Below, piece after piece: positions 38,601 through 45,784 of a stretch of DNA of 64,000 nucleotides. The position numbers and the translations under genes were made by a program. A model generated the notes under the pieces. That model saw only the letters and a program-made list of their open reading frames with translations. It was not told where the DNA came from and made no database searches. The stretch is from Rickettsiales bacterium. Lineage in GTDB: Bacteria > Pseudomonadota > Alphaproteobacteria > Rickettsiales > RI-342. Numbering within the stretch: the stretch's first letter is position 1; every line of letters starts with the position of its first letter. The stretch lies in NCBI GenBank assembly GCA_044368015.1, contig JBIPLF010000002.1, forward strand, positions 25,625-89,624, given 5' to 3'.

Positions 38601-40238
38601 TGTGGCGCTCCGAGCTGGATTACGGTAGCGGAGATGAATTTCGGCAAGGTGCCGGATACCTGCGGAAACACGTCTCGCTGGGGTATTGAGACCCGACGCA
38701 CCCTTCGTCAGCCAGGCGCATCCTGGGATACATGGTATGCTTTACATCAGGCAACCGTTCCGGCGGATTTAAAGCCCGGTGGTCTTGGAGACACCGGTTT
38801 CTCCTGTGGTGATTCCAATCTGCGCTATTGCAAGGAAGATCTATGGGCTAAAGTAAAAGTGTATCGCCCCACGCTGGATATCCGGCGTCCACCGGATGTC
38901 ACTGGCGGTGCGCTGGCGCTTGATGCGATGGTTGAAAAAACACAGCGTCAGGTTCGGAAAGTCTCAGAAGAGGCACAATATCAGCGCATGCTGGGCTACG
39001 ACCCGCCGCTTCTCTGGCGACCAGGGCCTACGGATATGACTCTGGGGGGAAATATCCATGTGGCTTGTTTGTCCAATGTGGACGTCCCAGAGGGTAAATC
39101 CCTGAACCCAGGGGTGGTCGATTTACGCGATAAGAAAGCTGTACCGGTTGGGTTTGTCTTTGATGGGTTGCATGAAGAACCCGTCCGTCCACCACAAAGC
39201 AGTGGTGGGGTTGTGCCTCCTCCTGGAAGTGGGGGAAATGGCGGCAATGGCGGCAACGGTGGTAATGGCGGCAACGGTGGTGGCCCTGGGCAATGTAAGG
39301 TGCCTGAATGGCCTGTGCCGCCTCCGCCGCCTGGAGGAGAAGTGCCCCCTCCCACCCCGGAGCCTGCCGCATGTAGCTATCGTTTTTCCAGCACGGGTGA
39401 TACCTTCTACAGTATCGGTGACCTGCTTTCCGGAAAAGGGCCTAAAGAGGTTCCGGTTCCTGCCCAGTGTGGAACGCCTGGGCTTGGTATCCGCTGCTCT
39501 ACACCTCCCAATCCGTTTTTGGATTCGCCTCTTTGTTTTGTGCCGATCTGTACCGTGGACAATCCAACGGAGGGGTGCTGCAAGGACCCTGTAACCAGCG
39601 TGTTTAAGGGGCCGTGCTGCCAGACACTGGATGCGCGCTGCGATGGCACGGGCAGCAGGCGGATCGACTTGCCGACAGGCGACTCCATGCGCGCCAATGA
39701 CATCAATGATCCGCTCTATCGCAATGGGGGGTATAGTCGTGACTATGTGGTGGATGCGCTTACCAATTATTTCGGTTTCCTGAATCCGACCAATAATTCT
39801 GCCTCTCATAATCCGGGAGGAAAATGGCGTAGCGATATGCTGCTCCTCAATGAGATTGACTGGTTGCGTGGCTATCAATCCAGCTTTAGCTGGCTATCAG
39901 AGTCGTTTGCCGACCGTAGCGGCACCCTCCATCCTGAAGGACGTACCATCTGGCGCATGGACCAGCCTCGTCCGATGTCTGAGCTGGCGAGCGCGTTGAT
40001 ACCAAAGAAAACGATCGCCATGTTTGTGTCGGATCTTTTCCCGACGGGTGTATCGGGTATTGTTACCGGTGTTCAGGGGAATTGTGTCAACATGATCATC
40101 AGCAATTACCGCTACAACCAATGCCAGCGGTACGGCCCCTATAACTGCTACCAGATTTATGGTACGTTCGGGAAACCCTGTCAGGTGAATTGTGTTCCCC
40201 TGAGTAGCATCGCGCTGATGTGGAACCCCACCTTCTGA
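35610..40238 (+). CDS. giant secreted cysteine-rich multidomain protein with an M23 metallopeptidase domain, a CHAP/NlpC-P60-like segment and large uncharacterised regions
   Basis: It is one uninterrupted 1,542-codon ORF with few antisense ORFs, consistent with lower GC. Sec signal: MRALVVFLLVWCALVGGAGRLYA|QG. M23 motifs: H90-PGL-D94, YMH172L, GPH210-L-H212-MD. CHAP/NlpC-like strands: PGDILVWD(943-950), LPH978VAYVE, ITVAEMNFG(1004-1012). Linker: GGNGGNGGNGGNGGNGGG plus a Pro-rich run (aa 1208-1250). LysM-like motif: YRFSSTGDTFYSIGDLL. I counted about 65 Cys by hand. Confidence 0.85.
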   Translation: MRALVVFLLVWCALVGGAGRLYAQGVDPGNGGPPADQCKAQCKGEYVCPVACANRSGEGSATGYQGCGSAWHSALGYAYYPGNLRLGSFHPGLDISSTCPEEKCDTVKDPITGAETKVNCRTVPNLGAMMAQATHGGKVVFKQFHGVPYYGMVIIAHKDASNGQTCFTRYMHLNASTLNSEFAVGSIIEKGTFLGNIQINVQGSGLTGPHLHMDMCCGNSCPLGRVDVTGVEAPSPTDPLHQNPLSSAAVSHTPGYFGEPLRDEKGNIVYLDENGSRTTKELGKPVYGFPSMAFAQSKGFQDVGALISGQCLCDLRQCKDNHNDEICTAKGFTEEVPEFMADLTEEICHADLAPGGYYGMRAGVGNSEPPDGLDRPQHATSWLLGRDRIDRSKPYPANLDDSQGHGYFIGRNVPGVLPPIHIGRKACTKPVYPYYRKSTIHRKVEPGNGQFDKFNYYFSTCYDLKKKLAEADDERERRIQLHETLFKRCLKNAGSNSAAEKACHDYAEKTGDTPGEGYIGTLPELKRQRLLDRQKLDQCLQGLNIDDDYHDEMIRSLCINTPPAPGMTPKQYYEALIKCVDKHIEDNESEPILKTANPCRGTSQWYCQELYIHDKAENPKNRPSVERIYNPENPWYPRNEVVGYESACGKPAACGEFSSPLCGKYKDCGSFGSAPILADRKGAFDSCVSTYAQYGIGKEACCPILWEYFVPENVLEIRQTSYVPHPEGGACPSISNLDASCPPTENYTWDVFKEVESCVIPDYGKETSFALKGMKDSQGKTTGKSEPFPQWWDFGTPHCRGWNDTITGVGTPLENCAIGGWNELKLYQARCYAVQGVRCVCDYEKTFKIGSAEEYVLRRAGAWIEHGQEKTLDTANSRYGRQAFWNWGLGWRGYVSDRRPGKRFPNLYSNLDPDRLYSLANPDPDLTPGAGVVMVGLDNAMPGDILVWDAEVLVPDVMPVPADCPDPSTGAYIKRLPHVAYVEKAETVATCAAGGSGCGAPSWITVAEMNFGKVPDTCGNTSRWGIETRRTLRQPGASWDTWYALHQATVPADLKPGGLGDTGFSCGDSNLRYCKEDLWAKVKVYRPTLDIRRPPDVTGGALALDAMVEKTQRQVRKVSEEAQYQRMLGYDPPLLWRPGPTDMTLGGNIHVACLSNVDVPEGKSLNPGVVDLRDKKAVPVGFVFDGLHEEPVRPPQSSGGVVPPPGSGGNGGNGGNGGNGGNGGGPGQCKVPEWPVPPPPPGGEVPPPTPEPAACSYRFSSTGDTFYSIGDLLSGKGPKEVPVPAQCGTPGLGIRCSTPPNPFLDSPLCFVPICTVDNPTEGCCKDPVTSVFKGPCCQTLDARCDGTGSRRIDLPTGDSMRANDINDPLYRNGGYSRDYVVDALTNYFGFLNPTNNSASHNPGGKWRSDMLLLNEIDWLRGYQSSFSWLSESFADRSGTLHPEGRTIWRMDQPRPMSELASALIPKKTIAMFVSDLFPTGVSGIVTGVQGNCVNMIISNYRYNQCQRYGPYNCYQIYGTFGKPCQVNCVPLSSIALMWNPTF
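39228..39284 (+). repeat. in-frame 9-bp tandem repeat encoding (GGN)5-6
   Basis: ggaaatggc ggcaatggc ggcaacggt ggtaatggc ggcaacggt ggtggc, inside the giant ORF. Confidence 0.8.
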
Positions 40239-40239
40239 T

Positions 40240-40506
40240 ATGGACATGGCGAAGCATCCGCTGACCCGTTTGCGGAATCTTGGCCCGCGCATGGCGGAGT
40301 CACTGGTGGCAATTGGTGTGGAAGACGAAGCCAGCTTGCGGGCGCTTGGCCCGGTGGAAACCTACCTACGATTACGGCTGGCGTTTCCGCACCTCGCCAA
40401 CCGCATGGCGCTGTATGCGCTTTATGGCGCACTCACCGATCAGAATTGCATGCGCCTGCCACAGGAAACGAAGGAGTGGCTGGAAGCGCAAATTCAGGAT
40501 AGGTAG
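40240..40506 (+). CDS. TfoX C-terminal-domain-only protein
   Basis: 88 aa. LRNLGPRMAESLVAIGVEDEASLRALGPVETYLRLR...ALYALYGAL matches the helix-hairpin-helix-like TfoX_C pattern. It starts 2 nt after the giant-gene stop and ends 7 nt before mutL. Confidence 0.7.
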   Translation: MDMAKHPLTRLRNLGPRMAESLVAIGVEDEASLRALGPVETYLRLRLAFPHLANRMALYALYGALTDQNCMRLPQETKEWLEAQIQDR

Positions 40507-40513
40507 TGTGGTC

Positions 40514-42304
40514 ATGCCTTCCATTCTCCGCCTCCTGCCACCCGTCATGGTCAACCGCATTGCGGCGGGGGAGGTGATTGAACGCCCGGCCTCTGCCGTG
40601 AAGGAGCTAGTGGAAAACGCGATTGATGCCGGGGCCACTCAGGTGGCGATTCTGCTGGAAGGCGGCGGGGTTGAACGGCTTCAGGTCACCGATAATGGAC
40701 GCGGGATGACGCACGAGGAACTGGCACTTGCCATTCAGCGGCATGCGACCTCCAAATTACCGGACGATGATCTGCTCAATATCCGTTATTTAGGGTTTCG
40801 CGGCGAGGCACTGCCTTCCATCGGTGCGGTGAGTCGGATGCGTATCCTCTCCCGCCATGCCTCCGAACCCCACGGTTGGGAACTCAGCATTGCAGGCGGG
40901 GAGGTTGGCGAGCCGATTCCCGCAGCCCTCACCGAGGGCACGGTGGTGGAGGTGCGCGATCTGTTTTTTGCCACTCCGGCGCGGTTGAAATTCCTCAAAA
41001 GTGCCCGTGCGGAAACCATGGGGATTCTGGACATGGTGCGGCGGCTGGCCATGGCGCATCCGGAAGTGGGGTTTACCCTCACCAGCGACGGGCGCAAGAG
41101 CTTCCGCGCCGATCCGGTGCACGGCGAAACCGCCCGTCATACAAGGCTGGCAAACGTGATGGGCCGGGAATTTGGTGCCAATTGCGTGGCCGTGAGTGCC
41201 GTGCGGGACGCGGTGCAGCTGACCGGATTTGCCAGTGTGCCGACCTTCCACCGGGCGACGTCATCGGAGCAATATCTGTTCGTGAATGGCAGGCCCGTGC
41301 GCGATAAATTGCTGCTGGGAGCGGTGAAAGGTGCCTATCAGGATTTCGTCGGCCATGGGCGGCATCCGGTGCTGGCGCTGTTTGTGGATCTGCCGCCGGA
41401 GCTGGTGGATGTGAATGTCCACCCCACCAAGGCAGAGGTGCGCTTCCGCGATCCGGTGATGATCCGCGGCATGCTGGTTTCGGGACTCCGCCACGCACTG
41501 CATGAGGCCGGGCATCAGGCATCCACCACGGTGGCGACCGCCGCGCTGCACCGGTTTGCGCCTGCGGGCGGCACGCCCACCCAAAGTGCCATGCCGCTGG
41601 CGGCGTTCCGCCCCCCTCCTCCCGCGACGTCTTTTGCGGCGCTGGCCTTTCAGGCCGATCAGCCAATGGAAATGGCGGAACATAGTGAGGCCCCCACAAC
41701 CGAAACGGCCCCGCCACCGGAATCCCTGCCGTTGGGGCAGGCGAGGGCGCAACTCCGCACCACCTATATTGTGGCAGAAACGGCAGAGGGAATGGTGGTG
41801 GTGGATCAGCATGCCGCGCATGAACGGCTGGTCTATGAGGCCATGAAAACGCAAATGGAGGCGCGAGGCATTGCCCGGCAACCCCTGCTGGTGCCGGAAG
41901 TGGTGGAATTAGGCGAGGACGCCGCTCTGCTGCTGGAGCAGGCGGAAGTGCTTGCCGCATTAGGGCTGGGGATCGAAGCCTTCGGACCCGGTGCGGTGCT
42001 GGTGCGGGAAATCCCCGCCCTGCTACAGGGACGGCTTGACATCGCCACCCTTTTGCGCGATCTGGCGGAGGAAATCGCCGAATATGGTGAAGGGCTGGCG
42101 CTGAAAGAAGCAATAGGGCATCTGTGCGGCACCATGGCCTGCCATGCCAGCGTGCGGGCGGGGCGCAAGCTCTCGCTGGAGGAAATGAACGCGCTGCTCC
42201 GTCAGATGGAAGCCACCCCGCATTCCGGCCAGTGTAACCACGGGCGTCCTACCTATGTGCGCCTGCGCTGGCAGGATGTGGAAGCCCTTTTTGGACGGCG
42301 ATAG
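40514..42304 (+). CDS. mutL: DNA mismatch repair endonuclease MutL
   Basis: The internal ATG at 40514 gives MPSILRLLPPVMVNRIAAGEVIERPASAVKELVENAIDAG (GHKL ATPase). The C-terminal DQHAAHERLVYE and CNHGRPT motifs are present. The upstream part of the tracked ORF overlaps tfoX_C and is not coding. Confidence 0.95.
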   Translation: MPSILRLLPPVMVNRIAAGEVIERPASAVKELVENAIDAGATQVAILLEGGGVERLQVTDNGRGMTHEELALAIQRHATSKLPDDDLLNIRYLGFRGEALPSIGAVSRMRILSRHASEPHGWELSIAGGEVGEPIPAALTEGTVVEVRDLFFATPARLKFLKSARAETMGILDMVRRLAMAHPEVGFTLTSDGRKSFRADPVHGETARHTRLANVMGREFGANCVAVSAVRDAVQLTGFASVPTFHRATSSEQYLFVNGRPVRDKLLLGAVKGAYQDFVGHGRHPVLALFVDLPPELVDVNVHPTKAEVRFRDPVMIRGMLVSGLRHALHEAGHQASTTVATAALHRFAPAGGTPTQSAMPLAAFRPPPPATSFAALAFQADQPMEMAEHSEAPTTETAPPPESLPLGQARAQLRTTYIVAETAEGMVVVDQHAAHERLVYEAMKTQMEARGIARQPLLVPEVVELGEDAALLLEQAEVLAALGLGIEAFGPGAVLVREIPALLQGRLDIATLLRDLAEEIAEYGEGLALKEAIGHLCGTMACHASVRAGRKLSLEEMNALLRQMEATPHSGQCNHGRPTYVRLRWQDVEALFGRR

Positions 42305-42343
42305 CCAATCTGTTCTCTGAACCCCGAACCCTGAACCCTGTTT

Positions 42344-43369
42344 ATGGCCTTTTTCATCAGCGACAACACCTCCGGCATCAGTCCGGAAATTCCCACCGCC
42401 TTAGCCGCAGCAAGCGAGGGGCATGCCCCCTCCTATGGCAGTGACCCCTGGAGCGAGCGGCTCACGGCGCGGTTCCGGGAAGTCTTTAACCATCCCACGC
42501 TGCTGGCGTTTCCGGTATTTAACGGCTCGGCCGCTAATTGCGTGGGGCTTGCAAGCCTCATGCGCCCCTTTGAGGCGGTGATCGCCCACACCCACGCGCA
42601 TATTGAGCAGGATGAATGCGGCATGCCGGAATTCTTCACCGGCGGCAAAATCATCACCGTGGCAGGGGAGGGGGGCAAGCTGACTCCGGCAGGGGTAGAG
42701 GCGGCGGTGACGCAAGCCCTCTCACACGGGGTGCATCACCCGCGCCCACGGGTGCTGAGCCTGACGCAAGCGACCGAATGCGGCACGCTGTACCGCCCGG
42801 AGGAAATCCGTGCCCTGGCAGAAGTGGCCACCCGGCATCAGCTGCACCTGCAGATGGACGGAGCGCGGTTTGCCAATGCGGTGGCGAGTCTGGGATGCAC
42901 TCCGGCGGCAATCAGTTGGAAAGCGGGTGTGGATGTCCTCTCCTTCGGCGGCACCAAAAACGGTGCGATGCTGGCCGAAGCGGTGATTTTCTTCCGCCCG
43001 GAACTCGCCGCCGATATGGGGTATATCCGCAAACGCGCAGGCCAATTGGCCTCCAAACAGCGCTTCATCGCCGTCCAACTATTAGCACTGCTGGAAAATG
43101 ACCTGTGGCTGCGCAATGCGCGTCATGCCAACGTCATGGCAAAACGGCTGGCGGTAGGGCTGTCTCCACAGATGGAACTTCTGTTTCCGGTAGAGACCAA
43201 CAGCCTGTTTGTGCGGATGCCGGAAGTACTCGCCCAATCTTTGTGGGACAAGGGCCACGGTTTTTACGACTGGAAAACGTTAGGAGCGGATGTGTACCGT
43301 CTGGTGACCGGGTTTTCGACGACCGAAGCGGAGGTGGACGGGTTTTCGCGGGATATGCAGGGGGCGTAG
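42344..43369 (+). CDS. ltaE: low-specificity L-threonine aldolase (beta-eliminating lyase family)
   Basis: 341 aa with SDNTSGISPE, NGSAANCVGL and SFGGTKNGAM (PLP lysine). Confidence 0.85.
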   Translation: MAFFISDNTSGISPEIPTALAAASEGHAPSYGSDPWSERLTARFREVFNHPTLLAFPVFNGSAANCVGLASLMRPFEAVIAHTHAHIEQDECGMPEFFTGGKIITVAGEGGKLTPAGVEAAVTQALSHGVHHPRPRVLSLTQATECGTLYRPEEIRALAEVATRHQLHLQMDGARFANAVASLGCTPAAISWKAGVDVLSFGGTKNGAMLAEAVIFFRPELAADMGYIRKRAGQLASKQRFIAVQLLALLENDLWLRNARHANVMAKRLAVGLSPQMELLFPVETNSLFVRMPEVLAQSLWDKGHGFYDWKTLGADVYRLVTGFSTTEAEVDGFSRDMQGA

Positions 43370-43377
43370 CAACACTC

Positions 43378-43471
43378 GTCATCCTGAGCATCGCGAAGGA
43401 TCTCCCCGCGTGCATAACCTCCGTGTCTCGTAAACAGAGAGATCCTTCGGGGGTAAACCCCTCAGGATGAC
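43378..43471. repeat. palindromic repeat, family A copy 4
   Basis: gtcatcctgagc..gaaggatctc...gagatccttcggggg...ctcaggatgac. It fills the gap between convergent ltaE and fdx almost exactly. Confidence 0.8.
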
Positions 43472-43475
43472 GACG

Positions 43476-43802
43476 CTAATCCCGCCCCTCCGGCGCGAGC
43501 ATCACCACCAGCCCCTCCACCTCTGGCGAGAGGAGAATCTGGCAGGAAAGCCGTGAGTTGTCCTCCACCGCAAAGGCTTCATCCAGCATGTTGGTTTCCT
43601 CGCGGTCGGGGGGGATCAGCCTTTCCACCCACTCCTCAGCCACATAGACATGGCAGGTGGCGCAGGCGCAGGAACCCCCGCATTCGGCCTTGATCGGCAA
43701 ACCAGAATCGCGGATCACTTCCATCAGCCGCCAGCCCTCCGGGCCTTCGAGTGGGTGGGAGATGCCTTCGCGGTCGATCACGGTAAGGGAGATGATGTCC
43801 AT
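43476..43802 (-). CDS. 2Fe-2S ferredoxin (adrenodoxin/putidaredoxin type)
   Basis: 108 aa. The cluster ligands are in ECGGSCACATCHV (CX5CX2C), with a distal C in SRLSCQI. Confidence 0.9.
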   Translation of the reverse strand: MDIISLTVIDREGISHPLEGPEGWRLMEVIRDSGLPIKAECGGSCACATCHVYVAEEWVERLIPPDREETNMLDEAFAVEDNSRLSCQILLSPEVEGLVVMLAPEGRD

Positions 43803-43996
43803 CTATAGTCGCTTCACTTTAATGTTTTCCAGTGGCTGCAAATGATTGCTCCGGCTAAAAACCATCCCCCGGATGGTTTTTTATACGCCTATGCTCTGCG
43901 CTTCCGGCTTTCATGTATGTTGAATACACTGGAACTTCCGGTTCTCAAAAACAACACATTTTCGCTCACCGGAAAACGTAAAGTGAAACGACCACC

Positions 43997-44191
43997 TTAT
44001 TCTTCGTTTGGAATACCGGCTTGTTTATAAATAGCCCGCAAGGTGCCTGTTGCCTTAACCGTTTTAGGCACGGTAAAATGCTGGTCTGTGAGGGGGCTGT
44101 ACCAGATTTCGTGCGAACCCTTCGCCTCGCGCACAAATTCGCAGCCTGCCTCATGCAATCGCCTGACCAGCGCTCGGTACTCTGACCCCAC
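43997..44191 (-). CDS. hicA: type II toxin HicA family (mRNA interferase)
   Basis: 64 aa. The pattern LVRRLHEAGCEFVREAKGSHEIW....FTVPKT..ATGTLRAIYKQAGI is HicA/YcfA-like. Confidence 0.8.
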   Translation of the reverse strand: MGSEYRALVRRLHEAGCEFVREAKGSHEIWYSPLTDQHFTVPKTVKATGTLRAIYKQAGIPNEE

Positions 44192-44194
44192 GGG

Positions 44195-44467
44195 TTACTG
44201 ATACAACAGCCGAAACACGCGTTGCCCTTCCGCAACCACCTGATTCAGCTCCATCAATTCCTGCGTGATATCGGGCAGCAGTGCACATAATTCATCTTCG
44301 CTTGCGCATTCCAGCACCAACCCCGGAATATCCTCGCTGGTGGCGGTCAGCACCCCGCTTGCATCTTTGGAGACCAGCACATCGAAGACGGTGGATGCCT
44401 CCCCCCCTGCGAAAGCCATCGGCATGGGAAGGCGCTGATACCGTTCAAAATGGTGATCCGTATGCAT
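44195..44467 (-). CDS. DUF1902-type (HicB-like) antitoxin candidate
   Basis: It ends 3 nt before the hicA start. FDVLVSKDASGVLTATSEDIPGLVLECASEDELCALLPDITQELMELN fits the DUF1902 pattern. The true start may be the internal M15 or M17. Confidence 0.65.
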   Translation of the reverse strand: MHTDHHFERYQRLPMPMAFAGGEASTVFDVLVSKDASGVLTATSEDIPGLVLECASEDELCALLPDITQELMELNQVVAEGQRVFRLLYQ

Positions 44468-44504
44468 TCTGGCAGTATAGTGGAGCGGGAGGATCGGCTC
44501 AAGC

Positions 44505-45374
44505 CTATTTCTGCCACAGCATCACGCGGAGAATCCCGGCGAGATCAGGATGCAGGGTAGGGGCATCGAACCCGGCCTCGGTCGCAATGTGCGCAATCGC
44601 CTGTTCCTGACCCATCCCGATTTCAACCGCGAGCACGCCACCACTCCGCAGCCGGGCATAGGCGTGCGGGATCAGGATACGGTAATCATCCAGCCCATCG
44701 GGACCCGCAAACAGCGCGGTTTCCGGCTCGTGATGCACGACGTCTAGCGCGAGGGTGGCACGGTCTGCCTCCGCAATATAGGGCGGGTTGCTGATGATGA
44801 CATCAAACGGGCCGGAAACCGCCTCCGCCCAGCTTCCCTGCACCAGATGCGCCCGTTCGGTAAGCCCCAATGCCTCGCGGTTCTGCACGGCGTAGGCGAG
44901 CGCCTGCGGAGAGGCATCCACCCCCACGCCTTGCGCGTCCGGCCATTCGGTGAGGAGCGAAAAGAGCAAACACCCGCTCCCCACCCCTAAATCGAGGAGG
45001 CGAGGAGAGAGGCCAAGCACCTCCCGAAGCGGCAGCACGGCTTCCACCAGCGTTTCCGAATCGGGACGCGGAATCAGGCAGCCCGGCCCCACGGCAAACC
45101 GGTGTTTCCAGAAATCGCGGGTGCCGAGGATATAGGCCATTGGTTCCTGCGCCATACGCCGGGCGAGAAGGGCTTCCACCCGGTGCATTTCTGCTTCGGT
45201 GAGGGGAGCGTCGCGCAGCAGCAGCGCCTCCCGTGTGCACCCCAGCGCATGGGCGAGCAGCAACCGCGCATCGAGCGCCGCCGTTTCAATGCCCGCAGAG
45301 GCAAGGCGGGTGCGGGCAGAGTGGAGGGAAAGAGTGGTATTGTACATTGACAGATGAAAGGGCAGATTATACAC
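44505..45374 (-). CDS. prmC: peptide chain release factor N5-glutamine methyltransferase
   Basis: LDLGVGSGCL is the SAM motif and IISNPPYI is the catalytic NPPY motif. The start may be the internal M10. Confidence 0.9.
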   Translation of the reverse strand: MYNLPFHLSMYNTTLSLHSARTRLASAGIETAALDARLLLAHALGCTREALLLRDAPLTEAEMHRVEALLARRMAQEPMAYILGTRDFWKHRFAVGPGCLIPRPDSETLVEAVLPLREVLGLSPRLLDLGVGSGCLLFSLLTEWPDAQGVGVDASPQALAYAVQNREALGLTERAHLVQGSWAEAVSGPFDVIISNPPYIAEADRATLALDVVHHEPETALFAGPDGLDDYRILIPHAYARLRSGGVLAVEIGMGQEQAIAHIATEAGFDAPTLHPDLAGILRVMLWQK

Positions 45375-45465
45375 TCACCCGTCAAGGACCATCTGAGTAG
45401 ATGATGGGGGAAAGGCATAGTAAGTCAAGAGGCTTGGTTTGAGTCGCGGATGACGCCCCTTCTGC

Positions 45466-45711
45466 TTGGTGCGGTGGCGAGATGTATATTCAAAACAGCA
45501 AAGAGTCTATATGATTTCCAACGAAAAAGAAGGTGGCGGCAGTGACGTAGTTGACGGAGATCGCACGCAGAGTCTTCCGATAGAGGGGGATGACCAGATA
45601 GAGGGGGATGACCAGAGAGAGAGTGGTTGGAGACAATCGAAGAAAGATTCGGAAGCCCGCATTATGGAGTTGGTCCCAGAAGTCCGACATTTTGGGAGTG
45701 GGCCGAGATGA
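45466..45711 (+). CDS. hypothetical small acidic protein (weak call)
   Basis: The ORF lies in a low-GC spacer. The internal ATG gives MISNEKEGGGSDVVDGDRTQSLPIEGDDQIEGDDQRE... and it contains an 18-bp tandem duplication. I recognise no motif. Confidence 0.25.
   Translation: MVRWRDVYSKQQRVYMISNEKEGGGSDVVDGDRTQSLPIEGDDQIEGDDQRESGWRQSKKDSEARIMELVPEVRHFGSGPR
45580..45615. repeat. 18-bp perfect tandem duplication
   Basis: atagagggggatgaccag occurs twice in tandem. Confidence 0.85.
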
Positions 45712-45784
45712 AACTCCGCAATCACAGGGGGGTATAGTCTGAGTGTCCTTATGGGTATGGTGAGGGGAAACAGTGCAATCACGC

